Shown piece by piece: positions 1-7,670 of a stretch of 64,000 bases of DNA. Each line of letters opens with the position of its first letter. The stretch's first letter is position 1. Source of the DNA: Candidatus Flemingiibacterium sp. (GTDB lineage Bacteria > Bacillota > Clostridia > Oscillospirales > CAG-272); contig JAZNKS010000096.1 in NCBI GenBank assembly GCA_045578725.1, positions 9,423-73,422 of the forward strand, written 5' to 3'. A model generated the notes under the pieces. It searched no databases. It was not told the DNA's origin and saw only the letters and a list, made by a program, of their open reading frames with translations. Position numbers and translations under genes: made by a program.

Positions 1-1439
1 TCCGAGAAGAGCGCCTTGAACCAGCCGCAGTATTCATCGTTTCGCGTCCGCCAGCCCTCGGGGCTGTCAAGCTGTGCATTGGTCAGCGCACCGGCCGACA
101 GATCAAAATCCCAGACGGGGCCCATCACCAGCTTCCCGCCTTTATCCTTATACAGATAAATACTGCTCTGCATATGCGAATCGGCATTCTTGAAGAGCTC
201 GTTGACGATGTACCAGTCGATAAAGGAATCCAGATCGATCAGCTCCTCCACCGATTTGTCGCGGGCGAGGATCCGGTCATTCACCTCCTGAAGATAACCG
301 GTGATGTACGCCTTCTGCTCATCGTTTGGATTCTCGGGCAGCTTGAACTGAAAATACAGCCGCCCGCCCTGATTGCCTCCGGAGGATCCGGCATTGCGGA
401 TGAAGGAGCTGGCTGTCCAGTTGGCACTTCCCTCCGTGCTCTCGGCCCAGACCCGGCCCGCAACCTCGAATTCGACCAGATAGCCGACATCCGGCTCCGT
501 CGAGCCCTCGTCGCCGCTCTCATCGATGGCAACCCGGATTTCGTTTGCCTGAAGCTGATCGCCCAGATCGTACAGGCCCTGATATTCGCCGTTGAGATAG
601 ACCTCAACCGGGCGCACCCGTGGCGCAAAGACCTCCGAGCCGGTGGATTTTGCGGTATCGGCGTTGATTTTTGCGGCCAGACCGAAGGCCAGCTGGCTCC
701 GGATGGCGGAGGGATCGAGGAAGCCCGCCAGCAGAACCCAGCTTTTAGCCTTGCCGAGGCCGAGCACATTCTGCTTTTTCTCGAACTTGATGCGGTAGGG
801 CTTCTTCGGATAGCGGCTGGTGGAGTTGCCGCGGAGCCGGATTCCGGCACTCTGACAGCGGATATCCTCCGCGCCGGTGCCGAGGATGGAAATCACCGCA
901 TCGGTATAATCGGTCCTTGATGCAATCTCCGCACCTTTTGTGTTGATCATCACCGTCGGCAGACCGTTTGACGTATCCTTCAGCGTGAGCGTGTATTCGG
1001 ATACGCCGCCGTCATAGCCGATCAGCGTGAGGGTATTGACCTCATGAAGCTCCGCATAACCGCCGTCCTTCAGCGGCTCGCCGTTGAAGAGGAGCACCCG
1101 GCCCGTGTGGACAATCTCGGGAATCGCCTCCTGCCCGATCAGGTTCGGGTGGCCAACCGAGGCCGTGAAGCTCTTTTCCCCGTCCGCTTCCATGGGAATA
1201 TCCCATCCGAGCCAGCCGTTGTCGGAAACCGTCAGGGCAATGTGTTCGATTTTGTCTGCTGTTTCAAAGGGCGTGGTGGATTCCATCGGCGGGGTGATGA
1301 TGAGCGTATCGTCAGGCCCCATCGCATCCGGAGCAGCAGAAGCCGGCCCGGGCCCCGTCCGGCTGCACCCGAAGACGAGAGCCGCGGCAAGGGCGGGAAG
1401 CAGCATCAGCGCCACAGCACGGCGCGCTTTTCTGTTCAT
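1..1439 (-). CDS. CotH kinase-family lipoprotein; the C-terminus runs off the left window edge
   Basis: ATG at 1437-1439 is preceded by GGAGG, and the frame stays open to position 3. It is absent from the ORF track because it has no in-window stop. The N-terminus MNRKARRAVALMLLPALAAALVFGC is a signal peptide with a lipobox. The strings RLRGNSTSRYPKKPYRIKF and IDWYIVNELFKNADS are typical of CotH. The ORFs 174..920(+) and 281..850(-) are shadow frames of this gene. Confidence 0.7.
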   Translation of the reverse strand, partial: MNRKARRAVALMLLPALAAALVFGCSRTGPGPASAAPDAMGPDDTLIITPPMESTTPFETADKIEHIALTVSDNGWLGWDIPMEADGEKSFTASVGHPNLIGQEAIPEIVHTGRVLLFNGEPLKDGGYAELHEVNTLTLIGYDGGVSEYTLTLKDTSNGLPTVMINTKGAEIASRTDYTDAVISILGTGAEDIRCQSAGIRLRGNSTSRYPKKPYRIKFEKKQNVLGLGKAKSWVLLAGFLDPSAIRSQLAFGLAAKINADTAKSTGSEVFAPRVRPVEVYLNGEYQGLYDLGDQLQANEIRVAIDESGDEGSTEPDVGYLVEFEVAGRVWAESTEGSANWTASSFIRNAGSSGGNQGGRLYFQFKLPENPNDEQKAYITGYLQEVNDRILARDKSVEELIDLDSFIDWYIVNELFKNADSHMQSSIYLYKDKGGKLVMGPVWDFDLSAGALTNAQLDSPEGWRTRNDEYCGWFKALFS

Positions 1440-1479
1440 GGGAGGATTCCTTTCATCGGAGGACATTTTCTGCCTAATA

Positions 1480-1560
1480 AGACGCAGATTATCGCCCTTT
1501 GTTCCCGGATCCGGCCATAAAATTCCATTATCCGGGAACTTTTTTTGATTTTCTGCGTCT
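1480..1560. repeat. Nested inverted repeat in the divergent intergenic region
   Basis: The outer arms AGACGCAGA (1480-1488) and TCTGCGTCT (1552-1560) enclose the inner arms GTTCCCGGAT (1501-1510) and ATCCGGGAAC (1530-1539), followed by T7. Confidence 0.6.
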
Positions 1561-1596
1561 AATCCCACGTAAACGAAATTCACGGAGGTAACGCTA

Positions 1597-3672
1597 TTGA
1601 AAAAAGCCGTTCTCATTCTTGTTCTCATCACTTCTCTTCTCATGACCGCACTCCTGTCCTCCTGCCATGCAGGCGCCGATACACCGCAGGATACCGATCC
1701 CGCTCCCGATGCCGCCCCCTCGCTGAGCGAGGAGGAAATCGCCGCCATTGTCGATGAGCAGCTCGCGCTCCTCGTCCCCGAGGCGCGTAAGGTAACATCC
1801 GAGGCGGAATATATCAGCAAAGCACCCGAGGCCTTCGATGCCATTCTCGCGCTCGGTCCGGATGCTGTTCCCTATCTGGAAAAGCTTGCCTCCGGCATTG
1901 CCGTGGGCGATGCCTCTGCCGACAATTACCGCCGGATTCTGGCCAAAGCCGCCTCCTATGCCATCGCACCGGAGCACTACGATGTCCTCTGGCCCTCCCC
2001 CGACGGAAGCCTTGCCGTCAAGGCCGTCCCGGACACCTTCCTTGGCATGGCCGAGCCGGACGGCTCCGTTGGCTACTCCCTCTCGCTGATCGATGCCTCA
2101 AACGGCATGATTAAAATCCCGACCTCCCTCACCGTCAGCGCCGAGGCGCTGCAGGAGGGTGTCAACGCCGTTTGGTCGCCCGATGGCCGGTATGCCGCCG
2201 TCCACCATACAGGCGAGCACGGCGGTACCGTCTATCTCTTTTCCGTCGAAGAACGTGCCTTCTTCCCGCTTCCGGGCAAGACCGAGCTGGATGCGGCTCT
2301 GGGTGAATTGATGGCCGCCTGGGATGCCGGATCCGGAAGCGTTCTCGCCTTTGTGCATCCCATCGTCACCGAATGGCCCGATGCCGACACCGTCCGGGTA
2401 TCCCTCACGCTGAAGGGAAGCGGCGATGCCTCGCTTGGTGCGGGCTTCTATACCTATCATCTGAAGAACCGCGCGATCACAGCCCTTGCCTATCACACCA
2501 CCGTCTTCTCCGACACAACGGAGGGCTGGTATACCGTTCCCCACCGATTTGTTTATCTCGTCCCCGATGCACCGACCAAAATCACCGCCTCCTATTTCCT
2601 GCTGGCCGGCCCGGATGCATCCGTCTGCGATGCCGTCAACACGCAGATTCTCGATTACATCCGTATGCTGTATGCGGCCGCTCCCGAAACGCCGACCCAA
2701 TCCGTGCTGAAGAGCGAGGTCATGCTGCTGGATGCCAATCGATTCAGTATCCATCTCTATGGCCAGCATACGCCGGCCGGCTCCGTCCAGCACATCAGCG
2801 ACGCCGGCTTTGTCTTTGATCTTCGCGACGGAAGCGCCCTTCCGCTCTCCGATCTCTTTGAACGGGAGGAGCTTAAAAAGATGCTCAGCCTGTATTTTGA
2901 CTCGCTGAAGGCGACCGATTATCCGACCACCTTCCTGCTGACAAAGCCCGAAGAGCTCCGCGCGGAATTTGAAAAACGCTTCCTTGAAGGCGGGGATTCC
3001 GTCCGCCTCTATGCATACTGGCTCGGCGAGGAGGCCCTGTATCTCTCGGCCGGCTGGTGCAAGGGCTACACCTTCGATACCGGCTTTGAATTTCAGGGCG
3101 ACCGCGGCTTTATCGCCGCCCTCCCCACCGGAAGCGGCTCCGCAGCGCGCGAGGTCGTCCTCTCCGCCTCCGATGACGGAAGCTATACCGTCGCAGGAAG
3201 CCTGACAGCGGGCGATGTCTGGTCCGGCTTCCGCCTCACGGATATGGCCTCCGGCCGTCTTCTCTGCCGCGCCGATCTCACCGGCAAATCCGCCTCCGTA
3301 TACTGGTCGCCCGATCATAAGCGAGCCGCCGTCACCTGCACCGTTCCCGGCATCACCACCGAAACGGTTCTGATGGATTCCGGCAAGGTCATGGCCATCC
3401 GTCTGCCCGATAAGACGGAGCTGTCCGAAAAAATCCGCGCTCTCCTTCCCGAGGACGGCATGGCAGAATCCTATGCGCGCTTCGCATCGGTTCTGCGCAG
3501 CTGGTATACCAATACTCCCACCGCGGCGATCATCGAATTCTGCCTCTCAAATCCCGGTGAAGCCACCGCCCTTGTCGGCAGCTACACCTTTGACACCACC
3601 ACGCTTGCCCTCACCAATCTCGAAGTTGCGCTCACTGTCGCCGAAAAAATCCCGCCGGCGCTGATTCCGTAA
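1597..3672 (+). CDS. Hypothetical lipoprotein, 691 aa
   Basis: TTG start is preceded by GGAGGT. MKKAVLILVLITSLLMTALLSSC is a lipoprotein signal. Repeated WSPDG/YWSPDH strings suggest beta-propeller-like blades. No family was recognised with confidence. Confidence 0.6.
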   Translation: MKKAVLILVLITSLLMTALLSSCHAGADTPQDTDPAPDAAPSLSEEEIAAIVDEQLALLVPEARKVTSEAEYISKAPEAFDAILALGPDAVPYLEKLASGIAVGDASADNYRRILAKAASYAIAPEHYDVLWPSPDGSLAVKAVPDTFLGMAEPDGSVGYSLSLIDASNGMIKIPTSLTVSAEALQEGVNAVWSPDGRYAAVHHTGEHGGTVYLFSVEERAFFPLPGKTELDAALGELMAAWDAGSGSVLAFVHPIVTEWPDADTVRVSLTLKGSGDASLGAGFYTYHLKNRAITALAYHTTVFSDTTEGWYTVPHRFVYLVPDAPTKITASYFLLAGPDASVCDAVNTQILDYIRMLYAAAPETPTQSVLKSEVMLLDANRFSIHLYGQHTPAGSVQHISDAGFVFDLRDGSALPLSDLFEREELKKMLSLYFDSLKATDYPTTFLLTKPEELRAEFEKRFLEGGDSVRLYAYWLGEEALYLSAGWCKGYTFDTGFEFQGDRGFIAALPTGSGSAAREVVLSASDDGSYTVAGSLTAGDVWSGFRLTDMASGRLLCRADLTGKSASVYWSPDHKRAAVTCTVPGITTETVLMDSGKVMAIRLPDKTELSEKIRALLPEDGMAESYARFASVLRSWYTNTPTAAIIEFCLSNPGEATALVGSYTFDTTTLALTNLEVALTVAEKIPPALIP

Positions 3673-3721
3673 GGACAGCTTCCGGAGCCGGAAGAATTTA
3701 TGGCCGAATTTGCACTTTCCT

Positions 3722-3750
3722 CTTGCAAAATCCGGCGAAATATGGTATAA
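3722..3750 (+). promoter_or_regulatory. Sigma-A-type promoter of the MATE gene
   Basis: TTGCAA (3722-3727), a 17-nt spacer, then TATAAT (3745-3750) with a TGG extended -10. Confidence 0.5.
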
Positions 3751-3791
3751 TAATCGGGTGTGCTCCGAAAGGCGCACCCGATTTTATTGAT

Positions 3792-5180
3792 ATGAGGTAT
3801 CGCCGCATGGCAAGAAGCATTTTCGCCCCTACGGATATGACGGTGGGCACCCCCTGGAAAAGCATCGTCATCTTCACCCTCCCCATGCTGATCGGCAATA
3901 TTGCCCAGCAGCTTTATAACACCGTTGACTCCATCGTGGTCGGCAAATATGTCGGCGACAACGCGCTGGCCGCCGTCGGAAGCGCCGCGCCCATTCTGAA
4001 TATGCTGCTGGTGCTCTTCATCGGCATCTCCGCCGGTGCGACCATCATGGTATCCCAGTATTTCGGCGCAAAGAGCCGCGAGGATCTTTCCGTCACCATC
4101 GGCAACTGCATCACCGTCACCGCCATCTGCTGTATTGCGCTGATTCTGGTTGCCTCGCCGCTGATAAGACCGGTGCTCGTTATGCTCAACACGCCCGAAT
4201 CCATCCTTGACTGGTGCGCCAATTATCTGCTCATTTCCCTTGTCGGCATGGCGGGCATGGCTTATTACAACATCCTCTCCGGCATCATCCGCGGCCTCGG
4301 CGACTCGGTATCCGCGCTGATCTATCTGCTGGTTGCCACCGTCATCAACATCATTCTCGACATTCTCTTCGTCGCGGGATTTGGCATGGGTGTTCCCGGC
4401 GTAGCGCTGGCCACCGTCATTGCGCAGATCACCTCCTCCGCCCTCTGCCTGATCAAGCTCTCAAGGATGCGGGAATTCTTCGATTTCAAAAAGGAATACC
4501 TTGTCCCGCGCGGCTCCTATGTGAAAACGATCGTCCGGCTGGGTCTGCCCTCCGGTCTGACTCAGGCGATCTTCTCCTCCGCCATGATTGTGGTGCAGTC
4601 GCTGACCAATCAGTTCGGCGAGCAGTTCATCGCCGCCAACGTTGTCGTCATGCGCGTGGACGGCTTTGCCATGATGCCGAACTTCTCCTTCGGCACCGCG
4701 CTGACCACCTATGCCGGTCAGAATGTGGGTGCCGGGCTTTATGACCGCGTCACCAAGGGCGCCAGGCAGGGCACGCTGATCGCCGTTGCCACCTCGGCCG
4801 CCATCACCGGCATCATCCTCCTCTTCGGCAAGGGCCTGATGGGCATCTTCACCGAAACCGCCGAGCTGGTGGAGCTCAGCTATCAGCTGATGATGATCCT
4901 CGCCGCAGGCTACATCGCCGTCGCCGTCACCCAGAGCCTTTCCGGCATCATGCGCGGCGCAGGCGATACCGTCACGCCCATGTGGATCTCGCTGATCACC
5001 ACGGTCGCCATCCGCGTGCCGATCGCTTACGGCATCTCGTACTTAACCCGCACCGCCGAGCTGCCCTACGGCCGTCAGGAGTGCATCCAGATCTCCCTGC
5101 TGCTGAGCTGGGTAATGGGTGCCGTGCTGACCGCCATCTTCTACCGCGCCGGCCGCTGGAAGAACAAGGCGCTGAAATAA
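3792..5180 (+). CDS. MATE family efflux transporter
   Basis: The start PWKSIVIFTLPMLIGNIAQQLYNTVDSIVVGKYVG is MATE-typical and the protein has about 12 hydrophobic segments. The start could be ATG 3792 or ATG 3807. The ORF-track start at 3723 lies inside the promoter. Confidence 0.85.
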   Translation: MRYRRMARSIFAPTDMTVGTPWKSIVIFTLPMLIGNIAQQLYNTVDSIVVGKYVGDNALAAVGSAAPILNMLLVLFIGISAGATIMVSQYFGAKSREDLSVTIGNCITVTAICCIALILVASPLIRPVLVMLNTPESILDWCANYLLISLVGMAGMAYYNILSGIIRGLGDSVSALIYLLVATVINIILDILFVAGFGMGVPGVALATVIAQITSSALCLIKLSRMREFFDFKKEYLVPRGSYVKTIVRLGLPSGLTQAIFSSAMIVVQSLTNQFGEQFIAANVVVMRVDGFAMMPNFSFGTALTTYAGQNVGAGLYDRVTKGARQGTLIAVATSAAITGIILLFGKGLMGIFTETAELVELSYQLMMILAAGYIAVAVTQSLSGIMRGAGDTVTPMWISLITTVAIRVPIAYGISYLTRTAELPYGRQECIQISLLLSWVMGAVLTAIFYRAGRWKNKALK

Positions 5181-5182
5181 CG

Positions 5183-5213
5183 AAAAAAATCCTCTCACCG
5201 AGAGGATTTTTTC
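5183..5213. terminator. Intrinsic terminator hairpin flanked by an A-run and a T-run
   Basis: AAAAAAATCCTCTC-acc-GAGAGGATTTTTT lies directly after the MATE stop codon. Confidence 0.7.
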
Positions 5214-5226
5214 TATGGATTTCCTC

Positions 5227-5255
5227 TTGACAAGCGGATAAAAACGTGATATACT
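5227..5255 (+). promoter_or_regulatory. Sigma-A-type promoter of the T-box leader and aspS-gatCAB
   Basis: TTGACA (5227-5232), a 17-nt spacer, then TATACT (5250-5255). Confidence 0.65.
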
Positions 5256-5269
5256 ATACATTGGAATAG

Positions 5270-5565
5270 TGCTTTGATGGAGCGAGTAGTACAGGGCCTT
5301 CATTTCCAGAGAGCCGCCGCAGGTGCGAGGGCGGCAATGAAGCTGTATGAAAAACACTCCGGAGCCGACGGAAGAAAACGCATCCTGTATGCGTCAGTAG
5401 AACCGTCCGTTCATCGCGTCAAGATGAGAATGAAGAGGGCATCCGACTCCGGTCGGAGGTCAATATGGGTGGTATCGCGGAAGCTGTCTTTCGTCCCATG
5501 GTGCAGAGAAATCTCTGCCGAACGGGCGAAATGCAGTTTTTTGTTTTTTCGCCGATCAATCTGTA
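5270..5565 (+). promoter_or_regulatory. T-box riboswitch leader with a probable Asn (AAC) specifier
   Basis: The canonical parts are present in order. These are the AG bulge AGAGAG (5308-5313), distal loop GGTGCGA (5322-5328) and specifier-loop string TGAAAAACA before the closing CTCC (5348-5360). They continue with stem III CCGAC/GTCGG (5443-5456), the T-box motif AATATGGGTGGTATCGCGG (5462-5480) and the terminator helix TTTCGTCC/GGGCGAAA followed by a T-run (5489-5542). Confidence 0.8.
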
Positions 5566-5587
5566 AATAATAAATGGAGGTTCTGCT

Positions 5588-7318
5588 ATGTTAAGAACAC
5601 ATACCTGCAACGAACTGCGCATCGATCACATCGGCCGGAACGTTACGCTGACCGGCTGGATCGACACCGTCCGCGACCACGGCGGCGTTCTCTTTGTTGA
5701 CCTGCGCGACCACTACGGCATCACCCAGATCGTCGTCAATGACGATTCCATGATCGCCGGTATGCCCAAGGAAACCGTCATCCTCGTGGAGGGTGAGGTC
5801 ACCAAGCGCGACGAGGAAACCGTCAATCCCAAGCTTGAAACCGGTCTGATCGAGGTCCGCGCTTCGAAAATCGAAGTCCTCGGCCCCGTCAAGCTGAATC
5901 TCCCCTTTGAAATCGATGCTTCCACCGAAACCCGCGAGGAAGTCCGCCTCAAGTACCGCTATCTCGATCTTCGCAACAGGAAGATCCATGACAATATCGT
6001 TCTGCGCTCGAGGATCCTCTCCTTCTTACGCTCCCAGATGGAGGAGCAGGGCTTCCTTGAAATCCAGACGCCCATTCTGACCGCCTCCTCCCCCGAGGGT
6101 GCCCGCGACTATCTGGTTCCCAGCCGCAAGCACAAGGGCAAGTTCTATGCTCTGCCCCAGGCTCCCCAGCAGTTCAAGCAGCTGCTGATGACCTCCGGCT
6201 TCGACCGCTATTTCCAGATTGGCCCCTGCTTCCGCGACGAGGATGCCCGTCAGGACCGCTCGCCCGGCGAATTCTATCAGCTCGACTTCGAGATGGCCTT
6301 CGCAACGCAGGAGGATGTCTTCGCCGTAGCCGAGAAGGTCGTCTACAACACCTTCACGAAATTCTCCGACAAGCCGGTATCCGCACCGCCCTTCCGCCGC
6401 ATCACCTTTGCGGATGCCATGCTCCATTACGGCTCCGACAAGCCCGATCTGCGCAACCCGCTGATTATCCAGGATCTTTCCGACTTCTTTGCGACCATCG
6501 ACTTCCCGCTCTTCAAGGGAAAGCCCGTCCGCGGCATCGTGGCAAACTGCGCCGGCCGCTCCAAGAAGTTCTTTGAGGATTCCCTCAAATTCGCCCTCTC
6601 CGTCGGCATGAAGGGTCTTGGTTATCTGACCCTGGCCGGCGATGAATTCAAGGGCCCGATTGCCAAGTTCCTCACCCCCGAAAAGCGTGACGAGCTGGTC
6701 AACCTCTGCGGCATTAAGGACGGCGAAACCGTCTTCTTCATCTGCGATGCGATTTCCGTTGTCAACAAGCTGGCCGGCGAGATCCGCACCTGGCTCGGTG
6801 AAACCCTCGGCATCGTCAACAAGGATTCCTATGAATTCTGCTTCATCGTGGACTTCCCGATGTACGAACGCAACGAGGAAACCGGCAAGATCGACTTTAC
6901 CCACAATCCCTTCTCGATGCCGCAGGGCGGCATGGATGCGCTGATGAACAAGGATCCGCTGGAGATCTTCGCTTATCAGTACGATATCGTCTGCAACGGC
7001 GTGGAGCTTTCCTCCGGCGCTGTCCGCAACCACAATCCCGAAATCATGCAGAAGGCCTTCGACATTGCCGGCTACGGCGAGGAAGAGCTGAAGGCCAAGT
7101 TCGGCGCTCTTTATACCGCCTTCCAGTACGGAGCACCGCCTCATGCCGGCATGGCTCCCGGCGTTGACCGCATGATTATGCTGATCGCCGGTGAGGAAAC
7201 CATCCGCGACGTCATCGCCTTCCCGCTCAACGGCAACGCGCAGGATCTGATGATGGGTGCTCCGGGTGAGGTCACCGAGCTTCAGCTCCGCGAAGTTCAC
7301 ATCAAGGTCCGCGACTGA
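5588..7318 (+). CDS. aspS: Aspartate--tRNA ligase, probably non-discriminating given the operon context
   Basis: MLRTHTCNELRIDHIGRNVTLTGWIDTVRDHGGVLFVDLRDHYG is a bacterial AspRS N-terminus. FRDED, QLDFEM and GMAPGVDR match the class II motifs. GGAGG precedes the ATG. Confidence 0.95.
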   Translation: MLRTHTCNELRIDHIGRNVTLTGWIDTVRDHGGVLFVDLRDHYGITQIVVNDDSMIAGMPKETVILVEGEVTKRDEETVNPKLETGLIEVRASKIEVLGPVKLNLPFEIDASTETREEVRLKYRYLDLRNRKIHDNIVLRSRILSFLRSQMEEQGFLEIQTPILTASSPEGARDYLVPSRKHKGKFYALPQAPQQFKQLLMTSGFDRYFQIGPCFRDEDARQDRSPGEFYQLDFEMAFATQEDVFAVAEKVVYNTFTKFSDKPVSAPPFRRITFADAMLHYGSDKPDLRNPLIIQDLSDFFATIDFPLFKGKPVRGIVANCAGRSKKFFEDSLKFALSVGMKGLGYLTLAGDEFKGPIAKFLTPEKRDELVNLCGIKDGETVFFICDAISVVNKLAGEIRTWLGETLGIVNKDSYEFCFIVDFPMYERNEETGKIDFTHNPFSMPQGGMDALMNKDPLEIFAYQYDIVCNGVELSSGAVRNHNPEIMQKAFDIAGYGEEELKAKFGALYTAFQYGAPPHAGMAPGVDRMIMLIAGEETIRDVIAFPLNGNAQDLMMGAPGEVTELQLREVHIKVRD

Positions 7319-7378
7319 TTATCCGTTTTCCACCCCGCAGGCGCTCTGCGTCTGCCTTTATGAAAGGAAGCCATTTAT

Positions 7379-7660
7379 ATGGATAAATCCACCTTTTCCC
7401 GTCTGTGCAGGCTGAATCAGCTTGCGCTGACAGAGGCTGAGGAAGCCCGCTTCCTCGCCTTCTTCGAGAGTCAGGAGGCCGCCATGGCCGAGCTTGATGC
7501 CATCGACACCGAAAATGTCGAGCGCATGGTTCATGTCATGCCGCTTTCCACCGTTGTCCGCGAGGACAAGGTCATCAAGCGCTTCACCCGCGACGAGCTA
7601 CAAAGGAGCGCGCCCGAAACCACCGATGGGTACTGGCAGGTACCGCGTCTGGTAGAATGA
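7379..7660 (+). CDS. gatC: Asp-tRNA(Asn)/Glu-tRNA(Gln) amidotransferase subunit C
   Basis: 93 aa. LALTEAEEARF...ELDAIDTENVERMVHVMP...REDK is GatC-like, and the gene sits between aspS and gatA/gatB. Confidence 0.85.
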   Translation: MDKSTFSRLCRLNQLALTEAEEARFLAFFESQEAAMAELDAIDTENVERMVHVMPLSTVVREDKVIKRFTRDELQRSAPETTDGYWQVPRLVE

Positions 7661-7670
7661 GGTGAACCGA

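Noticed and set aside
174-920. ORF-track entries 174..920(+) and 281..850(-) inside the first 1.4 kb.
   Set aside because: Both lie within the open minus-strand frame that encodes the CotH-like protein (start 1439, recognisable motifs). Their translations are Arg/Gly/Ala/Pro-rich shadow frames with no RBS.
5367-5369. GAC in GGAGCCGACGGAAG as an Asp specifier codon for the T-box upstream of aspS.
   Set aside because: It lies 3' of the helix that closes stem I (CTCC 5357-5360) and forms the 5' arm of stem II (GACGG/CCGTC). It is therefore not in the specifier loop. AAC at 5353-5355 occupies the codon-plus-purine position.
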